Assembly (NCBI RefSeq): GCF_009914755.1
Contig: NC_060928.1
Strand: one strand, 5' to 3'
From: the human T2T-CHM13v2.0 reference genome, Homo sapiens
DNA: 64,000 bases
Under the pieces are notes generated by a model, which saw only the letters and a program-made list of their open reading frames with translations, had not been told where the DNA came from and did no database searches. Numbering within the stretch: the first letter of the stretch is position 1; every line of letters begins with the position of its first letter. The position numbers and the translations under genes were made by a program. Positions 35,785-58,439 of the stretch are shown piece after piece.

Positions 35785-37975
35785 AAGTCCAAGCCATAGC
35801 AATCAGGCAAGAGAAAGAAATAAAAAGCATGCATATAGGAAAAAAAGTCAAACTATCTCTGTGGGGTAAAGAAAGAGAGATCGGATTGTTACTGTGTCTT
35901 TGTAGAAAAGGAAGATATAAGGAACTCCATTTTGATCTGTACTAAGAAAAATTGTTTCTGCTTTGAGATGCTGTTAACCTGTAACTTTAGTCCCAACCCT
36001 GTGCTCACAGAAACATGTGCTGTATTGAATCAAAGTTCAATGGATTTAGGGCTGTGCGGGCTGTGCCTTGTTAACAATATGTTTGCACGGCATATGCTTA
36101 GTAAAAGTCATCGCCATCCTCCATTCTCGATTAACCAGGGACACAATGCACTGCGGAAAGCCGCAGGAACCTCTGCCCAAGAAAGCCTGGGAATTGTCCA
36201 AGGTTTCCCCCAACTGAGACAGCCTGAGATATGGCCTCGTGGGAAAGGAAAGACCTTACCATCCCCCAGCCCGACACCAGTAAAGGGTCTGTGCTGAGGA
36301 GGAGGAGTGAAAGAGGGAGGCCTCTTTGCAGTTGAGATAAGAGGAAGGCTTCTGCCTCCTGCTCGTCCCTGGGAATGGAATGTCTCGGTGGAAAGCTGAC
36401 GATTCCCATTCGTTCTGTTCTGAGATAGGAGAAAACCGCCCTGTGGCTGGAGGCGAGATATGCTGGCAGCAACACTGCTGTGTTACTCTTTGCTACACTG
36501 AGATGTTTGGGTAAAGAGAAACATAAATCCAGCCTACGTGCACATCCAGGCACAGTACCTTTCCTTGAACTTATTCGTGATACAGATTCCTTTGCTTACG
36601 TTTCCCTGCTGACCATCTCCCCACCTGTTGCCCTGCTACACTCCCCTCGCTAAAATAGTAAAAATAATGATCAATAAATACTGAGGGAACTCAGAGGCTG
36701 GTGCCGCTGTGGGTCCTCCGTATGCTGAGCGCCGGTCCCCTTAGCCCACTGTTCTTTCTCTGTAGTTTGTCTCTGTGTCTTATTTCTTTTCTCAGTCCCT
36801 CGTCCCACCTGACGAGAAATACCCACAGGTGTGAAGGGGCTGGCCCCCTTCAATCTCTCTTCGCTGATGCTATCATTCTATACCTAGAAAACCCTAAAAC
36901 TCCACCAAAAGTCTCCTGAACTGTAATGACTGCAGTAAAGTTTCAAGATACAAAATCAACATTCAAAAGTCAGCAGTATTTCTTTTCTTTTCTTTTTTGA
37001 GACAGAGTCTTGCTCTGTCACCAGGCTGGAGTGCAGTGGCACAATCTGGGCTCAAATGATTCTCCTGCCCCAGCCTCCCAAGTAGCTGGGACTAGAGGTG
37101 CGTGCCACCACGCCCAGCTAATTTTCGTTTTTTAGTAGAGACATGGTTTCACCATGTTGGCCAGGATGGTCTCAATCTCTTGACCTCGTGATCTGCCTGC
37201 CTCAGCCTCCCAAAGTGCTGGGATTACAGGTGTGAGCCACCACGCCCGGCCAGTCAGCGGCATTTGTGTAAACCAATAGCATCCAAACGGAGAGCCAAAT
37301 CAAGAATGCTATCCCGTTTACAATAGCCACACACAAAAATAAAATACCTAGGAATACGTCTAACCAGGGAGGTGAAAGATATTGATAAGGAAAGTTACAA
37401 AACACTGCTGAAAGAAGTCATAGATGACACAAACAAATGGAAAAAATATCCTATGTTCATGGATTGGAATAATCAATATTGTTACAATGGCCATACTGGG
37501 CTGGGCACAGTGGCTCACACGCGTAGTCCCAGTGCTTTGGGAGGCCAAGGAAGGCCTGATCTTTGACAAAGGTAACAAAAATAAGCAATGGGGTAAGGAC
37601 TCCCTATTCAATAAATGGTGCTGGGATAACTGGCTAACTATATGCAGAAGAATAAAACTGAACCCCTACCTTTCACCTTATACAAAAACTAAAGATGGAT
37701 TAAAGATTTAAATGGAAGACCACAAACTATAAGAATCCTAGAAGAAAACCTAGGAAACACCATTCTGGACATCAGCCTTGGGAAAGAATTTATTACTTAA
37801 GTCCTCAAAAGCAATTGCAACAACAACAACAACAAATTGACAAGTGGGACCTAGTGACACTGAAGAGTGTACGCACAGCAAAAGAAACTATCACAGAGTA
37901 AACAGACAGCTTACCGAATAGGAGAAAATATTCTCAGAATATTCCTATGAAGGTGCGATATCCAGAATCTACAAG
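35785..37975 (+). mobile_element. L1 ORF2 fragment interrupted by LTR5, an Alu (36980-37251, -) and an Alu 5' stub (37498-37551)
   Basis: Peptides [31 protein letters not shown] and [15 protein letters not shown]. Confidence 0.85.
35860..36852 (+). mobile_element. Solo HERV-K(HML-2) LTR, LTR5A/B-type, 993 bp
   Basis: Starts TGTGGGGTAAAGAAAGAGAGATC.GATTGTTACTGTGTC and ends GGCTGGCCCCCTTCA; AATAAA at 36673; 5-bp TSD ATCTC at 35855-35859 and 36853-36857. Confidence 0.92.
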
Positions 37976-38009
37976 GATTCGGTTCAGAAGACAGGAGGGT
38001 TTGGCAGCC

Positions 38010-39487
38010 TTATTGCCACATTTTCTTGATGTAGAAGTGTTGCAATCTGGAAGACACAAACTTTACTAAGTGGTTAGACAAGCAAGGGCCACAAATTAGT
38101 AGTAATGATATACCTACCAAAGGTCCCAGGTGGGGTAAAAACCAGGTGAGACTTGGGAGGGCATTTCTGACAGTTGACCAGATTAGCTGGGTCTGTGCTC
38201 TGGTTATGTCTATGTAACCAGGGAGCTTGCTCATAAATCTTTTGAATGTTAACATTATTATGTCCAGAGTTGTTAATATAGGTGCAGCAGGTTTTGTTAA
38301 TAACCGTACAGACTCCACCTTGTTCAGCTCGTTAAATAATCCAACACTAGTCTGTTATCAAGGATTATATTTGCCATACAGTCTAGGGATTCTTGTATTC
38401 CCTTTTAATGCCTGACCTGTGCTGGTGGCTAATGATTCTAGGGTTTGAGTCGAATTCTTCAGGGTTGACTCGTGGTAGGCAAAGTCACATCAGGGGGCTA
38501 AGATTGTCCTATTACTACCCTGATTCCTCCCAGAATTAATCCTATTGCTCATTATCTTCTGATGTTCTTAGGTCTTATGGGGTTATAGACGCGGCCCCTG
38601 GAGGGGCAAGGGTGGTCAACATACATTCACTCCTGTTCCAAGATTTTGATATGTAAGGGAAAGCTACTTCTAAAAGAACAGGTGGGCTCCCTGGGGAGCT
38701 GAGAGCTGGGTGCTGGGAGTGGTTACGGGGTGGGATTCTTCCCACTTGTGGCCACAAACAAAAACGAACCCAGTTGGGACACAAATAGAGGCCCTGTGGG
38801 GCGTGATGTGTATCCTTTCCTGCCAAGTTGGGTCTATAGAGATATTCCTTCCCTGCTCCAATGGGGGTGGTTGAACAACCTTTGTTTTCCAGGACAGGGT
38901 GGTACTCCCACCTTCCCAGATTAGACAGTTGTTTTTTCCCCTATATGCTCTGATCTTGGAGAAGGCACCATATATAATTTCCTCACTCACAAGTGGGATC
39001 CGATTTACTTCACTGCAGCCTTGAGAATTTGGCAACAAGTTGTGTGAGAACATTGCAGGGAAGCTTCTGCTTTTGTGTCGTTAACAACACAACAGTGAAT
39101 GCAAAAGAGAATCGTTAGCACACCGGAGATATAGATAGCCAGCTTTCTGGGTCCAAGTGACAGTGGTGGGGAGTGCGGTACAGGGGTAGGGAGATGGAGG
39201 TTCAGGTGAAATCCATTAAGTGGAGGAGAGTTCCACCTAACAAGTAGGGGTCTGGGTACTTTGGGATCACTGTGGTTGGTTAGGAAGTCTGGGGAGATGG
39301 CTGTGAGATTTTCCAGATAGGCCAGAAGATGGAACTCTCTGTCCTGGGGATGTTGATGACAAACCCAGCAACCATGAAGATGGTTCCCTGATGCTGTAAT
39401 TTTTGAAATATTTACTATAGCATTCTGTTACCACCCACCCTGGATCAGGGTGATTGGGAGGGCAAGCAGGATAAACAGTGGCAGCAT
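38010..39487 (-). pseudogene. Dead but full-length class I ERV env (EnvV/MER66-like)
   Basis: Signal peptide MLPLFILLALPITLIQG; SU CWVC at 39359-39370; decayed furin site RR** followed by fusion peptide AIGLILGGI; ISD LDNRLVLDYL; CX6CC (CTVINKTCC) at 38284-38310; TM LTWFLPHLGPLVGISLLLICGPCL; several stops and frameshifts. Confidence 0.9.
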
Positions 39488-39624
39488 GGTGTCCAGTTAG
39501 GCCTTAGAGTGGCCTCTACACCCAACAAGGACAAAAGAGGTATTTCCCAGTGGGAGGCAGTTGGCCAGAGTGATAGAAAAGAAGTATTACAGGAAAAAGA
39601 GAAAAATTAAAACTCCTATTCCCA

Positions 39625-39874
39625 CCCACAGCTGGTGTGCCTGGCTTGCGTAGTGGCCAGACCCTGTGCTTGCTCACTCATGCACCCCTCACCGCTCTTT
39701 GCCTGGCTCACCCTTGGCAGGCCTGGGATCCAAGCTGGTAGGATGAGCCAAGCACAGTCTGCCAGGCCAAGTGGGCAGAATGAGCCCAGTGGGCCTGAGC
39801 AAAACTCAAGAAAAGGCACCACTGGCCACAGAGGTTTCCAGCTGGTGAAGTGACACCTCAAGGATCCTGTGACA
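39625..39874 (+). mobile_element. 3' part of a MER52-like LTR
   Basis: Ends GGCCACAGAGGTTTCCAGCTGG..AAGTGACACCTCAAGGATCCTGTGACA. Confidence 0.65.
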
Positions 39875-41020
39875 AACCCATATCATTCTGCCCCGGGCCC
39901 CCCCAAATCCCACATCCTCCTCACACTTCAAAACACAATCATGCCTTCCCAACAGTCCCCCAAAGTCTTAACACAAAAGTCCAAGTCCAAAGTCTCATCT
40001 GAGACAAGGCAAGTTCCTTCCACCTATGAGCCTGTAAAATAAAAAGCAACTAATTACTTACAAGATACAATGGGGGTACAGGCATTGGGTAAATACTCCT
40101 GTTCCAAAAGGGAGAAATTGGCCAAACAAAGGGGCTAAGGCCCCATGCAAGTCTGAAATCTAGCAGGGCAGTCATTACATCTTAAAGCTCCAAAATAATC
40201 TCTTTTGACTCCATGTCCCACACCCAGGGCATGCTGATGCAAGGGGTGGACTCCCAAGGCCTTGGGCAGTTCTGCCTCTGTGACTCTGCAGGGTACAGCC
40301 CCCACAGCTGCTTTCACAGGCTGGTGTTGAGTGCCTGCAGTATTTTCAGGTGCACAGTGGAAGCTGTCAGTGGATCTACCATTCTGGGGTCTGGAGGTTG
40401 GTGACCTTCTTCTCACAGCTCCACTAGGCAGTGCCACAGTGGGAACTCTGTGTGGGGACTCCAACCCCACATTTCACCTCCACACTGCTCTAGTAGAGGT
40501 TCTGCATGAGGGCTCTGCCCCTGCAGCAGACTTCTGCCTGGACATCCAGGTGTTTCTGTACATCCCCTGATATCTAGGTGGAGGCTCCCAGGCCTCAACT
40601 CTTGCCCTCTATACACCTGCAGGTTTAACACCACATGGAAACATTGGTGGCTTCTGGCTTGCACTCTCTGGAGCAGCAGCCTGAGATGTATCTTGGCCCA
40701 TTTTAGCCACAGCTGGGGCTGGAGTGGCTGGGACGCAGGGTGCTGTGTCCTGAGGTTGCACAGAGCAGTGGGGCCCCGGGCATGGCCGACAAAACCATTT
40801 TTCCCTTCTAGGCCTCCAGACCTGTGATGGGAGGGGCTGTCATAAGTATCTCTAAATGCTTTGGAGACATATTCTCTATTTTCTTGACTATTAACATTCG
40901 GCTCCTCTTATGCAAATTTTTGCAGCAGGCTTGCTTTAATTCCTCCCCCAGAAAATGGGTTTTTCTTTTCTTTCACATGGTCAGGCTGCAAATTTTCCAA
41001 ACTTTTATGCTCTGCTTCCC
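39875..41020 (-). mobile_element. MaLR (MST/THE1) internal sequence
   Basis: LTR/internal junction AAACCCATATCA|TTCTGCCCC; AGTCTCATCTGAGACAAGGCAAG and other characteristic motifs. Confidence 0.85.
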
Positions 41021-48588
<7,568 letters not shown>

Positions 48589-48804
48589 CCTCCCAGGTTC
48601 AAATGACTCTCCTCCCTCAGCCTCTCGAGTATCCAGGATTACAGGCATGCATCACCACACCTGGCTAATTTTTTTTTCTATTTTTAGTAGAGATAGGGTT
48701 TTACTGTGTTAGCTAGGCTGGTCTCGAACTCCTGAACTCATGATCCACCCACCTCAGCCTCCCAAAGTGCTGGGATTACAAGTGTGAGCCACCACGCCTG
48801 GCCT

Positions 48805-50885
<2,081 letters not shown>

Positions 50886-50889
50886 CTGC

Positions 50890-51446
50890 CTAAGAGTCTG
50901 AGCTGACACTGATGTCAGCTCCCCCAGCTGCCATCAGGAACTCCTTGCTATATGAGCTGGGTGACAAGTCAGTCCAAAGTCTGAGTTACAGCCGACCCAA
51001 CTGGCCAGACGTGGGTGCGACTTCCCACTCCACCTGACAAAAGCAGTAAAATCTTGTGTCTGGTGCTTAGATGAGCTGGTTCAGTGTTGACGGAAGCTGA
51101 AGACAGACGGAAGCTCCACTACAACATGTTCAGGGCGGCCCTCGAGGACAGCGTGGAGAAGAAATCCTCCCTGTGGGTATAACTCGGATCAGTTAGCTTG
51201 CTTGTCTGCTTCACGTAGAGGCAGAAGAGTCATGAAATAAGAATATATATGGAGTCGTGGGTGGGGCTGTTTGGCTGGTTGATGAGAACCCGGAAGGAGC
51301 AAGTTTGGAAGAATGGGGAGACACGGCTATGGGGAGTGAGTGTGTGGACGAACAACAGGAACAGGCAGAGTGGGAGGGCTGTCACATTGCACATTCATGC
51401 TCCGGTGTCCTCCACAGGGGAGGCACTGGATGACCACGTTGATGGC
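50890..51446 (+). mobile_element. Degenerate ERVL pol (RNase H region) fragment
   Basis: AAATCCTCCC.GTGGG and GGAAGGAGCAAG.TTGGAAG resemble HERVL-int. Confidence 0.5.
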
Positions 51447-51787
51447 TGATATGGTTTGGTTCTATGTCGCCACTCAAATCTCGTGTGGAGCTCTGATCCC
51501 CAGTGTTGGAGGAGGGGCCTGGTGGGAGGGATTGGATCACGGAGGCCGACTTCCCCTTTGCTGTTCTCATGATAGTGAATGAGTTCTCACGAGATCTTGT
51601 TTAAATGTGTGTAGCACTTCCCCCTTTGCTGTCTTCCTCCTGCTCTGCCATATGAAGAAGGTGCTTGCTTGCCCTTTGCCCTTCTGCCATGATTGTAAGT
51701 TTCCTGAAGCTCCCCAACCATGCTTATGTATATCCTGCAGAACTGTGAGTCAAGGAAACCCTTTCTTCATAAATTACCCCGTCTTAG
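51447..51787 (+). mobile_element. MSTA/MSTB LTR, 3'-truncated by an Alu left arm (51788-51905, -)
   Basis: Starts TGATATGGTTTGG; contains GATAGTGAATGAGTTCTCACGAGATCT and CTTCTGCCATGATTGTAAGTTTCCTGA. Confidence 0.85.
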
Positions 51788-52049
51788 CAGAGATGGGGTT
51801 TTGCCATGTTGGTCAGGCCGGTCTCGAACTCCTGCCTCCAGTGATCAACCTGCCTCGGCCTCCCAAAGTGCCGGGATTGCAGGCTTGAGCCACTGCGCTC
51901 AGCCAATACACTTCTAAATAACTTCTTAATCAAGGAAGAATCACAGTAAAATTAGAAAGCATTCTGAACTAAATTAAGATGAGAACTCATCAATATTTGT
52001 GTGATGCATTGAAAACATTAAATGCTTAGATTAGAATATAAGAAAGGGA

Positions 52050-54895
<2,846 letters not shown>

Positions 54896-56481
54896 TAGGG
54901 GCAGGGGTGATAGGAGCAGGTCGCGAGCGGGCGCAGCGTGGGACCGAAGGGGAGAAGGACGCCTGCGGCCCGGCGCGTCCCCGGAGGCACGTCCCCCCCA
55001 GGGCTCCGCGGCCCCGGCAACAGCGCGGGGCTACCCCTCTACGGCTCCCGCCCCACTGGGGGACCGCGACGGCCTGCTCCCGGGCTCTTGGCTCCGAGTG
55101 GAGAAGAGCGCGGAAGTGCGCACTAGCCCGACACTCGGGAGGGCCGCTGCCTCCCCAGGCGCCTGGGACAGCGGCCCGCAGCCCCCACCCGGCCCCTCGG
55201 GCCCCGCGTGCGTTTCAGCGCGCTGAGGATGCAGCACACCCCCGAGGTGCGACCGGGTCCCCGAAGCCCGGCGTCGGCCCAACCCGGAGGAGGCAGCGGC
55301 AGTCACGGGCACGCTTCCCCAACCCACCCTCCCACCCACTCTTAGGGTCAGGACACCCGCGTCCGGCCGGGGCAGGGGCGGCTCTGACCACGCGAGAAGC
55401 AGGTGCGTCCGCAGTCCCAGCTTGTGCCGGGAAGACCACCGGCCAGAAGCCCGGGGGTTGGGGGTAGAGGTCGGCTAGGCTGGGGAGGGGGGCGCCCGAG
55501 GCTCCGGGTCCTGCACGGCGAGCGGGGCGGCCTCCAGGTAGGGGTGCGGCTCCGCCCACCAAGAAGAGGGTCTGGCGGGAGGTGTGGTTAGTCCCTGAGC
55601 TCCCGGCCACAGCGCGGGCTGCTGGGTGGGGTGGGGGGGGGGGGGGGCGGGGGCGCCAGCACCCACGTGCGCCTGGGGCGCCTTCTGAGGAGGCCACCGC
55701 CTGTGTCGGTGTCGGCGTGGGGGCCTGGCTCCGACGGCTGGGACCATCCCTCCCAGGGCGTCCGGGGCCCAGATTCGCACTTGCCGGGCGCCCCCGGGGG
55801 CCACTGGCTGCACGGCGCTCTTTAAGGCCAACAGCCCTGAGTTCACGGGACTGAAATCGGCACAGAGAGGCCGAGGACCTGTGGTCGGGGCTCCGCGCAA
55901 GCGGTTCTCCGGTCTCCGAGGACACCGAGAGGCGGAGAGGAGGACCCTGGGTTGGGGGTGGGTAGCCGGGAGGGACCGAGCAGGCTGGTGCCCACCCTGA
56001 CGCCCGAGGATCGGGGAGAGGCTGGGCCAGGGAAAAGCCGGGCGAGGGCGGATCCCCCGAGCCGATCCCCCAGACCAGCTCTCTCCGGGCGGTGCGACCC
56101 CACACTGGACCCCACTCGCCCGCGGTCGGAGGCCAAGCGTTTGCATGCGCAGCTCCCCGCGCCTCGCGAGCATCGAGCAGCTCCCTCAGGATCGCTCCTG
56201 ACCTGCTGAGCTCCAGCCACAGATTTCCCACTTCCTCAGCTTTTCTCCCGCCGGCCTTGCGCTCTGGAGGTCTCGCCCCGGCGCCGCCTCCTCCAGGCAG
56301 TCCTCTAGACTGCATCCGCCATGGGCCTGGACGCTGCTCCCGGGGGCAGCCCCCGGCCAGGGCCAGGCACACCCGATTCCTGGAGCGTCCTAGGTTCCTC
56401 TAAACCCGCGGCCAGCGCAGTCTCGGGTTTCCATGACGACGACGTCGGATGGGGAACCCGGGCGGGGTCGGGTCGGAGCGC

Positions 56482-56555
56482 ATGCGCGTTGCGCGCCGGA
56501 CGCGGAACGTCTGCCGGTGTCCCCGCGCTGCTGGTCCCGGGGTCCCTGAACCGCG
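56482..56555 (+). other. NICOL1: NICOL1 first exon (5' end uncertain; 5'UTR, or coding in a longer isoform)
   Basis: Donor GCG|GTAAGG at 56555/56556; matching acceptor CTGGCTTCAG| at 56813/56814. Confidence 0.75.
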
Positions 56556-56838
56556 GTAAGGGCGGTGGTGCGGGCGTCCGAATGGGCGTTTTCTAGATAC
56601 GGGGCGCGGACTAGAGGCTCGCTGGGCCCGGAGACCGGCGGACTGGAGTCGGGGAACCGGAGGTGGGGAGGGGGCTCCCGGGCCCGGGGTGGGTGGGTCC
56701 AGGGCTCCCAGGCCTGGGGCTTGGACAAGGGTCGTGGGGCCCGCGGGAGGGGACGGGGGCTCACCGGCCCGGGGCGGGCGGGGCGGGCGCCGCTGACCCC
56801 TCGCTGGCTTCAGGGCGGCCCCGCTCCCTCTGCTGGCC

Positions 56839-56971
56839 ATGGCCCCCCCGCCCGCGTGCCGGTCCCCGATGTCACCGCCGCCGCCGCTGCTGCTGCTGCT
56901 GCTGCTGAGTCTGGCGCTGCTGGGCGCCCGGGCCCGCGCCGAGCCCGCCGGGAGTGCCGTCCCCGCGCAGA
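56839..56971 (+). CDS. NICOL1: NICOL1/C4orf48 coding exon with signal peptide (MAPPPACRSPMSPPPPLLLLLLLSLALLGARARAEPAGSAVPAQ)
   Basis: Kozak GCCATGG; Leu-rich hydrophobic core followed by A-x-A; donor CAGA|GTAGGT; 133 nt. Confidence 0.95.
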
Positions 56972-57222
56972 GTAGGTGCCGGGGGCCGGGTTCCGGGGAG
57001 CGGGGCGGGGCTGGCGACAGGGGCGTGCGGGGCCGGGGCTCTGCGGGGAGGACCGCGCCTCGCCTTTGTTACCGGGAGCGGGTCCTCCCCTTCGCGGGAG
57101 ATGGTGGCTTGGGGAGTGGGGACGTGCGCTCTTTGGCACTGGGTGGACGGGCCCAGAGTGCGTGGGGGCCTTGCGGGTGACCCCCCCTGCGCCCCCTCCA
57201 CCCTGACCCGCGCCCCCCGCAG

Positions 57223-57311
57223 GCCGCCCATGCGTGGACTGCCACGCCTTCGAGTTCATGCAGCGCGCCCTGCAGGACCTGCGGAAGACAGCCTGCAGCC
57301 TGGACGCGCGG
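57223..57311 (+). CDS. NICOL1: NICOL1 middle coding exon (SRPCVDCHAFEFMQRALQDLRKTACSLDAR)
   Basis: Acceptor CCCCGCAG|GC with CTGAC branch motif upstream; donor CGG|GTGAGC; 89 nt. Confidence 0.95.
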
Positions 57312-58347
57312 GTGAGCGCCCGCGGCGCGACGGTCCTCCCGGGCTTCCCAGGGGGTGGGGAGGGCAGGGAGGATGAGGAAGAGGCCCCCTGCGGGAGTGG
57401 AGTGTCCCTCATCCTTCACCCCGATTTAAGATGCCGCACCTTGCCCCCTTCCTCTGGCTCCAGTCATCCAAGGGGCATTCTGGGCACCTGTCTCACCTAT
57501 GAGACGCCCCTCTCTCCAGCATACTCTATTTCTAGCCCCTCCCCCAGAAAGCTCTCACTGGGCACTTTGTCCTATGACCGCCACTCCTGAGGGCTGTGAC
57601 AGATCTGGACCCTGGGGAAGGACTGTCAGCCCAATCCAGGATCCCCTAGGTGGGCGGCAAGGCCCCAGGGCAGAGGAGAAACTGAGGCCGGAGGATGTGG
57701 CGAAAGTGTCAGGAATGGGGGGTCAGGCTGGGCAGGGTGGTCTGGATCCTGGGTGGATGCACAGGTTGGTTAAGGCCCCTCCAAGCCTGGATGAACAGGG
57801 AGCCCCCACGCCATGGGGTGCAGCCAAGGAGTTTTTGTTTGTGCCGGGGCTCAAGCTTCTTCCTGGAAAGGGAGAATTCTAGGAAGGAGAAAGCAGGGAA
57901 GACCCTGCCTGGTCCCACCCCCCACCAGCCCTAGTGTCCTTCTTGGGAACACTCCAGAGGGCTCCGACTAAGACCTGGAGCCCTCTCCCCACTCACAGAG
58001 CCTGGAACTGAGCTCTTGGGAGGAGCAGCCCCCACCTATCCTTAGGCATGAGGGTGGCAGGGAGTGGGGGACAGTGGACCCCTGCGGGTGGTGTGGGAGC
58101 TGGAAGAAGGCAGGTGGGCACGCTGGCATGGCGTGGGCACCAGCAGACCCCAGGCAGGCCCCACCAGTGGGAGCCACTGCAGAGGAAAGAGATGAGTGGG
58201 AGGCTCTGGGTGTGGGGGTTAGAGCCAGGGCCTGACCTTGTCTGTCTCAGGAGCCGGTGGAGATAGGGCTGCCTTGGGTGGGTGGAGGCCCAGGGGAATG
58301 CCAGTGGGCAGCTGGGCTGCACCCTCACCCCTCTTGTTGCTTTGCAG

Positions 58348-58413
58348 ACGGAGACCCTACTGCTGCAGGCAGAGCGCCGTGCCCTGTGTGCCTGCTGGCC
58401 AGCGGGGCACTGA
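58348..58413 (+). CDS. NICOL1: NICOL1 last coding exon (TETLLLQAERRALCACWPAGH*); total 95 aa, NELL2-interacting lumicrine cofactor
   Basis: Acceptor TTGCTTTGCAG|ACG; TGA at 58411-58413; 133+89+66 = 288 nt = 95 aa plus stop. Confidence 0.95.
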   Translation, partial: TETLLLQAERRALCACWPAGH

Positions 58414-58433
58414 GGACCACGCTGCTCCGTGTG

Positions 58434-58439
58434 AATAAA
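58434..58439 (+). terminator. NICOL1 polyadenylation signal AATAAA
   Basis: 20 nt after the stop codon, followed by a GU/U-rich element (TGTGTCCTGTCTCTCTGTT). Confidence 0.85.

Noticed and set aside
38010-39053. env as a domesticated syncytin-like gene
   Set aside because: Stop at codon 20, stops at the furin site and an ISD frameshift.
55215-56372. 385-aa minus-strand ORF and overlapping ORFs in the CpG island
   Set aside because: Non-ATG start, low complexity, open in several frames as expected at very high GC.
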